Positions 50,809 to 62,897 are shown, counted from the first letter of the whole stretch. The stretch is DNA of 62,897 nt, filler included, from Rhabdomonas costata (GCA_019059605.1; 50 parts of 50 records of this genome joined end to end with filler, not necessarily neighbours in it), one strand, 5' to 3'. Numbers and translations: made by a program. Notes: generated from the sequence alone by a model not told the origin.

Positions 50809-51573
50809 ATGCAGCCGCTGTCCCGTTCTCTGAGGACGGTGCTTCGTCCTCTCGCGCTGCAGAAGAGGTTCCAGTCGTCCGATCCCGCAGTGACGGAGTC
50901 CAAAGTCGGCTATGTGCAGCAGGTGCTTTGCCGGTGCCTCTTCTGTGTTTCTGTGCGCTTCTTGGAGCTGCAGCAGCTGGGTGCAACCTTGCTGTTTCCT
51001 CACCAGATTATCGGTGCCGTCGTGGACGTCCAGTTCGAGGGTGGTGTCCCCCCTGTTCTGACGGCCCTGGAAGTCGAGGACAAGGATGTCAACATCACCA
51101 TGGAGATCGTGCAGCATTTGGACCCGAAGACCGCCAGGCATGCGTCCATGGGATTCAAATTGGGGCGCTGGTGACCTTTGGGGGGGGGGTCGAATTCATC
51201 TCGGCATGTCTTCCCTCAAGCCAAATCCGTTCTCCTCACGTCGCTCGTCCTTCGTCTCCCCCTTTCCCCTGTCCTCTCCCCAATGCCTCACCCCTCGAAT
51301 TCATTATCCAGGTTACACTTTTTTCCTCCTTCCTGCACTTGTGTTCGTTTCTTTTTCCGCATTTTTGCTTAGTTGAACAGCTATGGACATGATAAGCCTC
51401 TGTGGACATGGCTGTAGGTCATTTAAGATTCTTCAAAGCTTCTTAAAAAACACACTTTTTTTTTAACTGTGAGGCAGTCTGTTTGCTCGTGCTCCAGGTG
51501 CATTGCCATGTCCTCCACGGATATGCTTCGTCTGCGCACCCCCGTCAAGAACAAGGGTGACCAGATCAAGGTG
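50809..51573 (+). CDS. ATP2: Mitochondrial ATP synthase F1 beta, 5' part; exons 50809-50922, 51007-51137, 51498-contig end
   Basis: Presequence MQPLSRSLRTVLRPLALQKRFQS, then KVGYVQQ|IIGAVVDVQFEGGVPPVLTALEV...EIVQHLDPKTAR|CIAMSSTDMLRL (euglenozoan-like); one GT-AG and one GC-AG intron. Confidence 0.96.
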
Positions 51574-51748
51574 NNNNNNNNNNNNNNNNNNNNNNNNNNN
51601 NNNNNNNNNNNNNNNNNTTAATTAATTAANNNNNNNNNNNNNNNNNNNNNNNNNNNNNNNNNNNNNNNNNNNNGGGGTGGCTTGTCACCAACAGCTAGGC
51701 AGGCAACAAGCCACCGCGCCAAGCGCCCAACTCACACTCCGTTTTCAG

Positions 51749-52505
51749 CTGGAGGAGATGCTGTACGAGAAGAAGCGGAAGCACGACGAGAAGATGAAGG
51801 CCGCGATGGGAGCTCAGGTACCCGCCTACTGTGTTCACGACAGCCTCAACAGCTGCGAAAACCTTGCTTAGTAGGGTGCGTGGGACGAGCAAGGAACCCG
51901 TTTGTCACGTGTTACCCGTTTGACACGAACAAAATTGGCCAAGGAGGGAGGGAAAACGCGATGAACACTGATGAACCTCATACACCGGAAAACATCGACG
52001 GCACCACGGGCTCTCTTGAGCTCACGCTACGGTTTCTCAGTGAATGCGGAACGCCAGGTAACCGCCTACAAAACAAGCATCCATCGCAATTCCTCTCCGA
52101 CATATTGTGGGAGTGAACGAACCCGCAATTCGTCCGTTCGGTTGTTTGTTCGACAAGTGTTCAAGTCATTTTTTGGAGGGGGGTGGGGCTTAAAAAGAAT
52201 ACCCCCTTTTTTTTGTGGACGATTTATTACTGTCTATCTGAAGCCCCGCCCCAGAATGATGGGCCCTTTGCCAGGGGATGGGCCGCTGCTCGTGGTGGAG
52301 TGGCAAACGTAATCGAAACCTTGGCAAACTGAGAACTTGCCGACTTTGTCACGATGCTCTTTTTGTTGCGGTTTTGCGGTTGGCACTGCGGAATGTTCAG
52401 GGTGAGGGAACCGGGGAGGCCGCCGAAGGGGTGGAGCCAGTGGAGAAGAAGTCCAAAAAGGACGAGACTCCCGAGGAAAGGGCTCTTCGCAAGGCCGCCA
52501 AGAAG
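51749..52505 (+). CDS. Two exons (51749-51817, 52401-52505) of a Lys/Glu-rich hypothetical protein
   Basis: LEEMLYEKKRKHDEKMKAAMGAQ|GEGTGE...KKDETPEERALRKAAKK; in-phase GT-AG. Confidence 0.5.
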
Positions 52506-52933
52506 GTCTCTCTCTCTCACTCCCTTTGTCGCTCCCTCCCTCCCTCCCTCTCATCTCTTTCATAACTACCCTCATCAACCACACCTCGCACATCCAGAAT
52601 CCAGAACCCGACTCATCCTCAGATTTCAGATGCGAAACATCTCACGAAAAGGCGACCACTACCCCCAGTCACTCCAGTGAGGCATCACACCATTTAGGTG
52701 CTCAGCTCAGAGTTCACCCCCTTCACCCTCACACATACTCTCTTTTTGTATCTGCTCGTGCACCAAAATGGCAAGCGCCGTTTTAAGCCGACCACCCGAC
52801 AGTCGTGTGCGAGGTCGGCAATCCCCAACCCCCNNNNNNNNNNNNNNNNNNNNNNNNNNNNNNNNNNNNNNNNNNNNTTAATTAATTAANNNNNNNNNNN
52901 NNNNNNNNNNNNNNNNNNNNNNNNNNNNNNNNN

Positions 52934-53283
52934 GGGTTGGTGTGGGAGAAGTATGGCATCGCAGACTACCTGTCCTTCCTGAGGCAATCCCGCACCGAGC
53001 ACCGCGCCGAACAGGAGCAGCGCGACGCGGTCACTGCCACCACCCTTTCCCAGCTTCGAGCGAGTCAGGTGCTCCCCCGTGACCAGCGTTTGAAACTTAA
53101 GAAGGAGCGTCTTCGAAGCAGAGAAGAGAAGCCGTCTCACAGCCCAGGCCGAGGTCCCCCTCCACCATACGAAGACGTACCCCGCAGGGTTCGGCACGAG
53201 GAACGTGGATTCCGGCGCCGCAGCCGAACCCGAAGCCGCAGCCGTGGGGGCGGTCACTCTTCCCGGTCGTCCTCAGAGCTCAG
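52934..53283 (+). CDS. Exon with RS-rich tail, hypothetical protein
   Basis: Open coding-like frame WEKYGIADYLSFLRQ...RRRSRTRSRSR ending at CAG|GTGTTG. Confidence 0.5.
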
Positions 53284-54666
53284 GTGTTGTTCACTTTTTC
53301 CCCTCCACGCTCCGCAAGAATTTGATGCCGGGCCGAAACAATTTGTGGCTTTCTCGTTCTGGTACGAGAGAATGTTGTTGATATTGTTATTTTCCACCAA
53401 GCCCTCTCCCGTCGTTCGTGCTTCCACCAAGCATGTGTGGTGTGTGGTCGCAGAAGGAAAAGAGGTCGAGAGGAACGATGGTCTTCTCCCGACGACGCAA
53501 AGGCAAAGGTGGAGTTCATCACGAGTTTCTCTGTTAACCCCAAAGCACGGGACGCTACAGGTCAGCTGCTCGAGGCAGTCCTCTATTGAATTCACATAGT
53601 ATTAGCCAAATTCACCAAATCCAGAAGTTGTTCTTGTTGTTCAGTCCCCTTACTTTTCACTCCAACTCTTCACCCCAATGAGCTCTGGAAGGGCATATAT
53701 ATGGTACTGCAGCAGCATGGGTTAGCACGGTTCAACAAAGACAAACCAGTGCACACAAGGAATGCAGAAATAGATAAACAATTGGAATAAATAAAATTTC
53801 AATTGTTCGCATGTATGTACCAAAGGAAAGGTATAATTTACAGGAAAAAGCATAGAAAGGGCCTGCCTTCTCACAATCCCGGTGTCGTTTGGTCGGTTGT
53901 GGCCAAATGTAAGGGGTCAAAATGTGCAAAATCGTTGGACACTTCGAGGCTAAAGAGTCCCCTTCAGTGAATAGGTCACAGGCAACCAACATAAAGAAAA
54001 CAAAGAGAGAGAGGCATATCGGGAAGTGGCGGAAGCCGCGCCATCCATCCCCACAGCTCGTGCAAGAGGTTACTGTTTGCCTGTTCGTGTTNNNNNNNNN
54101 NNNNNNNNNNNNNNNNNNNNNNNNNNNNNNNNNNNTTAATTAATTAANNNNNNNNNNNNNNNNNNNNNNNNNNNNNNNNNNNNNNNNNNNNGGTGTGGGG
54201 GTAACGTCGGGGAAATGGTGCGCCATGAATTGTCTTTCCTCCTTCCGCTGTGACCAGATGGAGACTTCTGGTCTCCTTCCTTGTCTCCTTCCTGCCTTGC
54301 TTTGCGGCCGGATAGAAAGTTGAAGTGGGCACGCCGCATATTTGACGGGCACACTTCTTTTGGAAAAATACGACTCAGAGTTTGGGCAGTGGAGGCTGAA
54401 TAATTGTAGCCTGAAGTTTGCTGCTAAAGTTCTGAGGATTGGCATGACCTGGAGGGAGAAAGGGGTCAGCAGTGCGGGGGTCAGTAGGTGCGGCTCGGCA
54501 GAAGGTGTTGGTGCCGTTGCGGGACGTAGACACTGGCTTTGTTCTGGGGTGCTGCATTGTCTTCCCTCCTCTTCCGGCGCCCTCGCTGGCACTGTTCGGG
54601 TTGCTTTCTCTCTCTCTCTCTCTCTCTCTCGTGCAGGTGCACTGTTTTCCTCTCTTGCATTCGATA

Positions 54667-55315
54667 ATGAGAACAGCTGATGCGCCTAGGAAACCTGAGC
54701 TCTCGGCAGCCAACCTGGTGCCCTTGGTTTGGCTATTGCTTCTGCTCGTCCCGTCAGGTGTTGCTTATCTCCTCCCACCCGCTGTTGGGTTGTGTTTGTT
54801 GTTAGCGTGGAGTTGCCTTGATTTGCTCAGGTCATGGCTCGGAAATCGCATGGAACACCACATAAGGTAGGGTCGAAAAGTTCTTCTAGTCGTACTGTTT
54901 CATTTTAATTTAATTAATTTAATTAATACTGTTTTTTTATTTCATATTAATTTAATTAATACTGTTTAATTTTAATTTTCGGAAAATAATTACGGGACTC
55001 TCCAAGGTGGAATGTGATGTTCTCATTCGAGTCGTTATGTTGTTGGTCGGAACTATGGAGGCAAAGCGGACCTGTGGCTGCTTCTTGCTTAAACAACCCT
55101 TGGCCCTAGTAGAGACAAAACAGTTGCCAGTCATGCCGATGGTTTCAATTCACGGATTTCTCTCTCTCTCTCTTTCGTGTGAGTGTGTGTGGGTGGCTTT
55201 GCTGACTTGCAGATGCGCACCTGTTCGGTTCCAGCGTGGCTGAGCTGACCCCGAAGACCTTGCAGGGCTTTCTGAACTCCCCCAAGCCTGCAATGATCAT
55301 GTTCTATGCCCCGTG
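54667..55315 (+). CDS. Protein disulfide isomerase-like, 5' exons 54667-54757 and 55213-55315
   Basis: Signal peptide (LVPLVWLLLLLVPS)|DAHLFGSSVAELTPKTLQGFLNSPKPAMIMFYAPW; phase-1 GT-AG intron; next intron falls just before the expected CxxC. Confidence 0.85.
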
Positions 55316-57355
55316 GTGTATGTCCCCCTATATGAACACCCCCCCACACCCNNNNNNNNNNNNNNNNNNNNNNNNNNNNNNNNNNNNNNNNNNNNTTAAT
55401 TAATTAANNNNNNNNNNNNNNNNNNNNNNNNNNNNNNNNNNNNNNNNNNNNTTGAGAGATTATTTCTATTTCTATTTCTATTTTTGAGTTTTGATGCTGG
55501 ATGTTATCATTCGTCCTGATTTTATTTTGGCATGCCACTACTGTTTCTTTCAGGATCCAGCGCTTGCCTGTGGTGAAGATGATGTCGTTGAAGCCAAAGC
55601 CACGTGATCCTGGCCAGCCCGCTATTGTTTTCAGCCCAGACTCCGCTCGGCGCTCTGTACTGCGGGTTCGCCCCCACTCCTCCTCGTTTGGCCCGCGACA
55701 ACGGAACACATAACTTGGGGTGGATTTCTCCTCCTGGGGCCTGCCTGCATGGGTCTTCCTTGGGCTTTTCGACTTCGTTGAAGATGCAGCATTGGGTGGG
55801 TGGGTGCCTGGGCGCGCAACGGGATGATGAGGTTGAGGGGGAGAACGATGGAGAAGAAAGTCTTTTTTGTGTGTGTGTGATTTGTGGTCCGTGCAACGAG
55901 GGGAGCCCGAGGTGAGCTTGTTTTCGTGCTGAAAATTTCTTGCTCTGGCGCAGTGTGCCAAAACACAACAAAAGCCGTCGTCAGGGAAGAACAAAGCCGG
56001 AACCAAACCAACTTGCAAGATGTGCAGATATAAATGGCTTTTTTCTTTCGCTTTTGTCCAATCCAGACCAAACCTCACCAACAGTCAAATGTCTTGCTCA
56101 GCCCAGCACTGGCTTTCTGTTGCACCCAAAAACGAAAGCTTCCTGTCAGAAAATGAGAGAGGGTGGTGGTTTTGCATGGGCGGGAATCTTTTGTCTCTCG
56201 TTCAGGTGGCTGAACGCGAAGGGTTTGGGGTGCAGTCGGGCTGATAGCTGGGCTCTGGCAGTGGACCCACGATTGTGATATGGCCCCTTCCCCCCGGATG
56301 CGGCGGGGGGCTTCTGCCCGGAGGCTGCATTGCGCTTGCAGCTCACGTTGGCTGCTTTGACTTCGAATGGAGTGTTTCTGGACACTGTTTCTCACTTGAA
56401 TAAACGCGCAGCACTGGCAGTTTAGTTCTGCGACCTCTGACATGCAGTGGCTCCTTCTGGGTGGAGAACACAGGGGGATAATGGTATGAATTGGGGCGAT
56501 GACAACTGTTATTGCCACATCTACAAAGGGAGCGTATCTGCCAACATAATTTGGATCCTGCACTAACATAGACTGGTGTGATCTCTGCTGATTTGCATAA
56601 TCCCCCCAACCNNNNNNNNNNNNNNNNNNNNNNNNNNNNNNNNNNNNNNNNNNNNTTAATTAATTAANNNNNNNNNNNNNNNNNNNNNNNNNNNNNNNNN
56701 NNNNNNNNNNNTGTTGGGTGGGAAAAAAGTCCCCCAACATGATGATAGTGATGGTGGTGGTGGCGAGGATTCGCTCTTCTTCACTGCTCGGGCTCACTGT
56801 TGCATTACTGTTCGTTGCAAACTGGAGTTGGACCGAACTGGACGTGTTGCAGGTCCTGGGATAGGGATGTCAAGCTGGGGAGCCAAGTAGTCGTCAAGGC
56901 TTGCACTCCTCCAAAAAGCTCGACACTGTGAGGGACGTCAGGTTCGGGAGCGGATTCGGCGAACCTGTGGTTGTTACAATTTCGATGGCGAACTCAAAAC
57001 AACTTGTCAGTGCTAACGGCTAGCTCAGCAACTGAGCGCTTTGCTTTGATATTGGTCGGTTGGGGTATGCGGAGCACAACTTTCCACTTTGGAGCATGGA
57101 ACCGATCCACCTCTTGGTACTGCCGCAACACCAGTCTCAGCACCAGCTGGGACCTCCACGAAAAGAAATGAAAAGTGTTGTTCGAAAGCACCGCCGTAGA
57201 TTCTTGGGGGAAATGGGAGGGGGGTGATGGCAGTCGGATGCCCCCTGTCTGAAGTGGTTTGTTTGGCAGGGTTGGAGTCCGGGGCTGCGGACGTTGCGCC
57301 TTCATCTCACGTGAAGAAGGCTCATGTGTTGAAAGTGTGGCCTGTGCCCGCGCAG

Positions 57356-57460
57356 GGCTTGTACTCACCTTCGGAGGACCACAGCACTGTGCTGCTCAGC
57401 CTCATCCATGTGGACCTGCAGAACTACACCAACATGGAGGAGGCGCTGTCTATACTTGAG
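57356..57460 (+). CDS. Internal exon, hypothetical protein
   Basis: GLYSPSEDHSTVLLSLIHVDLQNYTNMEEALSILE between CGCAG and GT; coding-like codon usage. Confidence 0.45.
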
Positions 57461-58034
57461 GTTCCCAGCGAGGGCGCCATGTCGCACATGTGAGGCGGCT
57501 TGTGTTATTTTGTGCTCAGAATGGCGCCAGACACCACGCTGTACCTATCAGAATCATTTGTGAGCGCTCTGCTTCAGCCACGCGAGCTCCCTGTGCAATG
57601 CTGTTTTCCCTCGGAACGCTTTGAACGCTTTGGACTTTGCGTTTTTCATTTTGCTCGCATGTGTTCCCTTACATGCGATGAGTGTTTTCCTCGATCTCAA
57701 TTTTCTTTTGCTCTCACCAGGTGATTTGAGCATGGGTAATCGCAATTGGGCTACCCCCCGGTCGAATGTTTTGTTCTTCGCTATCGAGTGCTCGAATTTC
57801 TGCTGTGATTATTTGAATGCTGCTGTGATTTTTTGGTTGTATTTTGTGGCTGAGTGNNNNNNNNNNNNNNNNNNNNNNNNNNNNNNNNNNNNNNNNNNNN
57901 TTAATTAATTAANNNNNNNNNNNNNNNNNNNNNNNNNNNNNNNNNNNNNNNNNNNNAGTTATAGTTCTTGTACGTTTTTCACTCCTACTATTCACTCGTG
58001 GACTCAACCTCTTTGGCCCTGGGTGACCTCGCAG

Positions 58035-58701
58035 ATTATCGATGCGGCTAAAGCCAAGGATATGAGCGATGCTCTGGACGAAGAAGAGGCTCCCGGAAGG
58101 TCTTGCCTACCTGCCCTTGACAAATGCACTCTCGTCACAGACAGCAGTTTCTGAGAAGCCTTTCTGAAAGCCAGTGGAAATCAAAGGGCTTCTTTCTGGC
58201 TAATGCGTTCTCTGCATTACAGCACCATTCGTTTTCAACTGTGCTTTTATTAGGCCTGACGGCGTCGAGGTCCAGCCCGCCACGGTTTGTGCTTTTTCCT
58301 TTTGCGTCTTTCCTTTTTTTTCCTTTTTCGTGTTTAATCGATGTGAATGGTCAATATTTCCGCTACGGCTTTGTTGGAACGTTTCGCGCTTTCTGTATAG
58401 GAGGGTCCGACCGCAGCCCCGGCTAAAGGTGCGTTGCAGCTATTGAAAAGGAAGCTGGGCGAGTGCAAAACCTTGTATCAAAACACAATTTTTTTTTTTG
58501 CTTTTGGTCCCCTTACGGTCTCTTTCTTCTCTGCATCTAGTCGCAACTGTGTCCGAATGTCCTCTCATGCATGACATGAGTGTCCACGGCCAGAGCTCTG
58601 ATGCCTCGTTTCCTACAGACAAAGATATTGAGCTGACTCCGTTGGAGTCTCGTGCGCTGGAGTTCTTTCGTCAGCTGCGCGCCGACGACAGCAAGCCTCC
58701 G
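58035..58701 (+). CDS. Three exons (58035-58088, 58401-58428, 58619-~58701) of a hypothetical protein
   Basis: Phase-consistent join IIDAAKAKDMSDALDEEE|EGPTAAPAK|DKDIELTPLESRALEFFRQLRADDSKPP, which requires a GC donor at 58089. Confidence 0.45.
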
Positions 58702-59646
58702 GCGGGCGGGGGGTCTTGTAGTCTCTATTGCTGTGGTCAGCGTGTCAGTGGAGAGGTGGATCTGGGCAATAATTTACGTCTGAAATTGGAGGAATGCTTT
58801 TAAAACTCGCCCCACACGGAAATATTAAATATGAGCTGCCTCAGGGCCATTTCCAACTCGCATTTTGACCACCTTGTTATCAATGCAACACAGAAGGGAC
58901 TGCACATACACAAGGCCAATGATGAGCAAAAGAGGAGAATTGAGAGACAGGTTTCCTTTTCTTAGACGGCTTTCACACCACACATGAAAAACCAGAACAA
59001 CAGCAAAGCTTCGTCAGGGTGAAAGCGCAGGAATGTCACATTAAAAGAAAGGTAGTTCGGTTTTCTGCTTTGCTCACTGTCCTCTAAAGTTCCAACACCC
59101 CCCAAACACACCACACNNNNNNNNNNNNNNNNNNNNNNNNNNNNNNNNNNNNNNNNNNNNTTAATTAATTAANNNNNNNNNNNNNNNNNNNNNNNNNNNN
59201 NNNNNNNNNNNNNNNNGGGGGGGGGGACATTCCAGGGCGCCTCTCCAGGCTTGTCACACACATACACATCCTTATTCTCTCTCTCTCTCTCTCTCTCTCT
59301 TTGGCGTGGCATCAGTTGGAAAATCGAACGTTTCCTACTGTGTGGTCAGGGCTTCCCTCTATTTCGTGCCCATTAGGCTTTTACTCAGCAGGGTCATAAC
59401 TGAATCCCAACAGAGCCAGTGAATGCTGATCCAGTGAGCTTGGGCATGTTGGGCTCAGGGCCCAAACACCGATCTAGTACGCCTATCTAAACACCGAGGA
59501 CTCATAAGTCAGTGGTGGACGGCAGGATTGTGGGCACTGTGAGTATATTGGTTAGTTGAGTGTTTCTTTTTGCTTGACCCATATCCCGTGCGGTTACGTT
59601 CGTTCCTTTTCGGTACCTTGCTCGCTGACCCGCACCCGCTCCACAG

Positions 59647-60083
59647 AGTGGCTGTCGCAGCAGGCTTTGCGGCGATGCGGGGTGCAGTGGTTGGCCGAGA
59701 GCGAGGCCACAGGGCTGGTGCAGGGCGACGCCGTGGAGGTCCGGCCCGTCTCCGGGCCCCCTCGCCCCTACGTCAGCCTGCAGGTGCGCCTATGTCTGCC
59801 TGTTTGGGTTTACTCTGTGCTTTGCCTACGCAGTGCCAGATTGTCATCTGAGAATGGCAGATGAAGGGCATTATTTGGATTTGCGGCTTTGTCTGCTCCA
59901 AGTTGCCTCTGGTGCTTTAACCCTCCCTTTTTACTCCCTCTGCCCTGGCAAAGTAGTACTTGTTGCATTTCCCAGAGGCCTCTTGGGCTTCATTTCGCCT
60001 CCCCTCCGTCTTCTTAGAAACATCACCATCGGCGTGAAGTGCTTGCTGAGCCAACTTCACGCCGCGGCTCTTCACGTGCCTCG

Positions 60084-60120
<37 letters not shown>

Positions 60121-60377
60121 GTGTATGATATCGACCACACCGCACATGCCACCTTGCCCCGCACCGTTCCTCCTTAGCCACACCCTACACACCAGTCTCA
60201 TGTGTGTGCGTGTGTGTGTGCGCGGACACAGGCGGACACGGTTGTACTGTGTACGGGAATGCAGCCCTCGGAGGACGGCCGTGTGCTCCGCCGGGCGCTT
60301 TCCCGAGGGCGGGCTGTGGTGTACGAGCTGGGCGCCGGGGGGGATCCCCCGGCGCCCAGCTCGTACACCACCACCAC
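59647..60377 (+). CDS. Two exons (59647-59783, 60232-contig end) of a hypothetical protein
   Basis: ...GLVQGDAVEVRPVSGPPRPYVSLQ|ADTVVLCTG...; in-phase GT-AG. Confidence 0.4.
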
Positions 60378-60949
60378 NNNNNNNNNNNNNNNNNNNNNNN
60401 NNNNNNNNNNNNNNNNNNNNNTTAATTAATTAANNNNNNNNNNNNNNNNNNNNNNNNNNNNNNNNNNNNNNNNNNNNGTGGGGGGTGTGGCGCCGAGGGC
60501 GAGCGGCACCCTGCATGTCCCACTGACCCCAGTCATGCTGTTATAGCACCTGAAGTACTTCCTGGCTCAAGTCCAAAGAATGAAGTTGTTATGCAGCCGG
60601 ATATTGAGGCTGTTGCTGACATATGGGCTGCATTACACATGTCGTCAGACGTACAGCGTTTCCGCCTTAGACCGGAATTGTCATGGAGAAAGGATCATCA
60701 GTAATCGTTGGGATTGGGAGGGGAAAATGGATGAAGAGCTGTTAGCGCAAATTCATGCGTTAGTATTTTTTATCCATCACCACAAACCACCACCAACGGC
60801 AAGGCCGTTCATTACATACCCAATTTGGATCTGCCTTAATCACGTCGCAAGTATACATGAAAATGAGCATGTGTTTTCAGGATGCATTTGAGCGGCGCAT
60901 GTCCCCCAGATGGCGAACGTCGCCCTCTTGCTCAATGGATGGTACTCTC

Positions 60950-61400
60950 TTAATCCTCTGTTGAATTGATCCATGAGAAGACAGTTGGCCACAGAGGTCG
61001 GCGCCTCAACGTGCCATTGTCTTCCAAGTACAACGGTTGATTCCAGTACTTCCGATATTGCCTCAGTCTTTTCAGCTTTTTATACCACGAGGCATCCGTC
61101 CAGTACGGTGGAACCAACATTACCCTGCTCGTGTCAGCGAGGATTTTGTCAAGTACCTCGTCCAACAGCGATTTGGTCCGGTACCCAGTGGTAGTTGAAG
61201 GCGTTGTAGCCCTCAGCCTTCCGGTCCTAAAGATCAGCTGAATAGTGCATGCTCAATTGATGATGTTTTCGGCTTGCAAAAAGATCCACCTGATGAACCA
61301 GATCAAAGTTCTGGAAGATTGCCAGGAACAGTGTGTGACACAGCATCACATCATCCTCAATTCCAAAGCTGGTATGCGGTTCCAATGCAATCTTCATGAG
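60950..61400 (-). mobile_element. Pseudogenised retroelement-type DNA N6-adenine methyltransferase (Dam/MT) domain
   Basis: DDVML...VDLFASRKHHQL..YSADL*DRKAEGYNAFNYHW / SLLDEVLDKI...RVMLVPPYWTDASWY matches the DIRS-type MT pattern DLFAS...DAF..W...PP..L..VL.K...LIAPxW...W; intronless, one stop, one frameshift. Confidence 0.75.
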
Positions 61401-62897
61401 CGGAGAACGTCCCTGCTCAGTCAGATCGCGCTCCCCCACTGGAAGTGGACTAAACCGCTCTGCCAGAGGCGCACAGTCGCTGGATAGTACCAATCCCATG
61501 CATTGCTCACCCACTGGAAGTGGAGCAGCCTCTTCCGGTGGGTAGGGTGGGACAATGGTCTCCCAATCGAATCGCATCACTTTGTTGGGAAGGTTCGATC
61601 GCTTCCTGATCCTCTCAGTGTAGACACACCAACCCACNNNNNNNNNNNNNNNNNNNNNNNNNNNNNNNNNNNNNNNNNNNNTTAATTAATTAANNNNNNN
61701 NNNNNNNNNNNNNNNNNNNNNNNNNNNNNNNNNNNNNGTGTTTTGTTCCTTTGTCTGTGCGTGGCGCACACACACTCCTCTCTTTGGTACATATTTACTG
61801 CATGATTGGAGCCACAGCTACCCTCCCTTCCTGGCCACTTTTTCCCGCTCATTACACACACATACACAATACACAGACAGACACCCTGCGGAACAGTGTT
61901 AGGCTTCTTTTTTGTGCTTGTCCTTGCCCTCTCCTCTTCAGTGCATTTCCATTGCCTCATCAGCGATTGTGGAGCCACCTTTGTGGTGTCGCTCTTCATG
62001 CTTGCGGCCCTTTGCCGGACATCCTCGAAGCGACTCTACTGATGTCTTGGGGCAGTCTCTTTTGCGTGTCATTCTTGTTCTTCTTCCCTGTGGCATTTCG
62101 TGGCATGGAGTTATCGCGGAATTTCCCTACCCAGCCGCAGTTTGCTGGTATATCGAATTACTCATCAAGAAATAGCTAGCGTCGAACAGGGCCCCAGACA
62201 AATGATGTTCCTCTCTGAGTGGGTTCCAATCCACTTGAATTGAAAAAGCCAGTGTGCTCGAACGGCCTGTTTGTTTTGCTGTTTTGCTGACGGAAGGGAG
62301 ACGAATGCCATTGATCCCGTGATGACGGAGCTACCACCGCATATACCTGGTTTCCATCGGAAACTTTCCTTTTCTCCTAACAGGGGTCAAGGGAGCAAAG
62401 AGGGAAAGCGAGAATGAGCAATTTGAGATTTCGACGAAATCAAAAAGCAAAGTAATTGCCTAGTAATAGAGGTTTTTTCATTTTCAGAACTCTTCCTGTG
62501 CCCGTGAGTCAAGGCCCACAGGCACAAGATACAAGGGGGAAGCACAAATGGGCGTGATAGCAGAAACTACCAGCATTCTAAAAACCATCCACGATGGACG
62601 TGATTCCGACAACAAGACAATACAATGGGTACGGCCGGGAAGATAACGAATCCCGCAGTTGAACATTCCATGTGATAACAAAAGTGGGAGGTGAAAGCCT
62701 ACTGCAAAGGGCACACCACAGATGGAAAAATGGAAACCGTTTTCTTGTCTTCTTTTTCAGATAAATGAAGAAAACTATGGCTTTCCAACATGGCAATCTG
62801 CATTCATAACCTGGCACAGTCCGCGATTCGGGACTGCCACTCCGTAGATCATCTGGACAGATGGTGCTTCTTCGGTACCACCTCATGAACCACCACC

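Noticed and set aside
51138..51497. Euglenid non-conventional or intermediate (end-paired) intron
   Set aside because: Only about 5 bp of end pairing (GCATG/CGTGC) and not in the +4..+6/-8..-6 register; every anchored intron is explained by GY-AG.
54895..54985. AT-rich TTAATTAA tract similar to the spacer
   Set aside because: A local duplication in the PDI intron; low complexity, no further signal.
61227..61229. In-frame stops here and at ~29133 as stop-codon reassignment
   Set aside because: They occur only in decayed TE-like sequence that also has frameshifts; conserved host exons have none.
1162..61737. Regularly spaced TTAATTAATTAA repeats resembling an array; ORFs ending in X..LIN
   Set aside because: Artificial spacers embedded in Ns; not CRISPR or biological periodicity.
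1..62897. Any gene cluster or system built from neighbouring contigs (e.g. ART + TOP2, MTase + flanks)
   Set aside because: Contigs appear grouped by length, so adjacency carries no biological information.

Overview
This window is not a contiguous locus. It is 50 unrelated contigs of about 1.15 kb joined by 49 artificial 100-nt spacers (N44-TTAATTAATTAA-N44). Most contigs start with G/T-only and end with C/A-only tracts, and several end in fold-back hairpins, which points to whole-genome-amplified (WGA), highly fragmented DNA. The DNA is from an intron-rich eukaryote, most likely a euglenozoan and probably a euglenid, judged from the euglenozoan-type ATP synthase beta and receptor-type adenylate cyclase together with many spliceosomal introns. 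Recognisable exon fragments: mitochondrial ATP synthase beta, TOP2, WDR19/IFT144, RUVBL2, eIF3i, TRF4-like poly(A) polymerase, HIRAN-domain protein, kinesin, calpain-like protein, cullin-like protein, PDI, RsuA-family pseudouridine synthase, flavodoxin/CPR-like domain, two class III cyclases and an ADP-ribosyltransferase. Decayed transposable elements: gag-like, CRE-like endonuclease end, and a retroelement-type N6-adenine methyltransferase domain. The most notable real signals are frequent GC-AG introns with a pyrimidine at donor +4, the TE-type methyltransferase, the intron-bearing ART gene, and several unannotated dispersed repeat families. No multi-gene novel system can be supported, because adjacency across spacers is meaningless. 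All protein calls come from motif recognition, not database searches.
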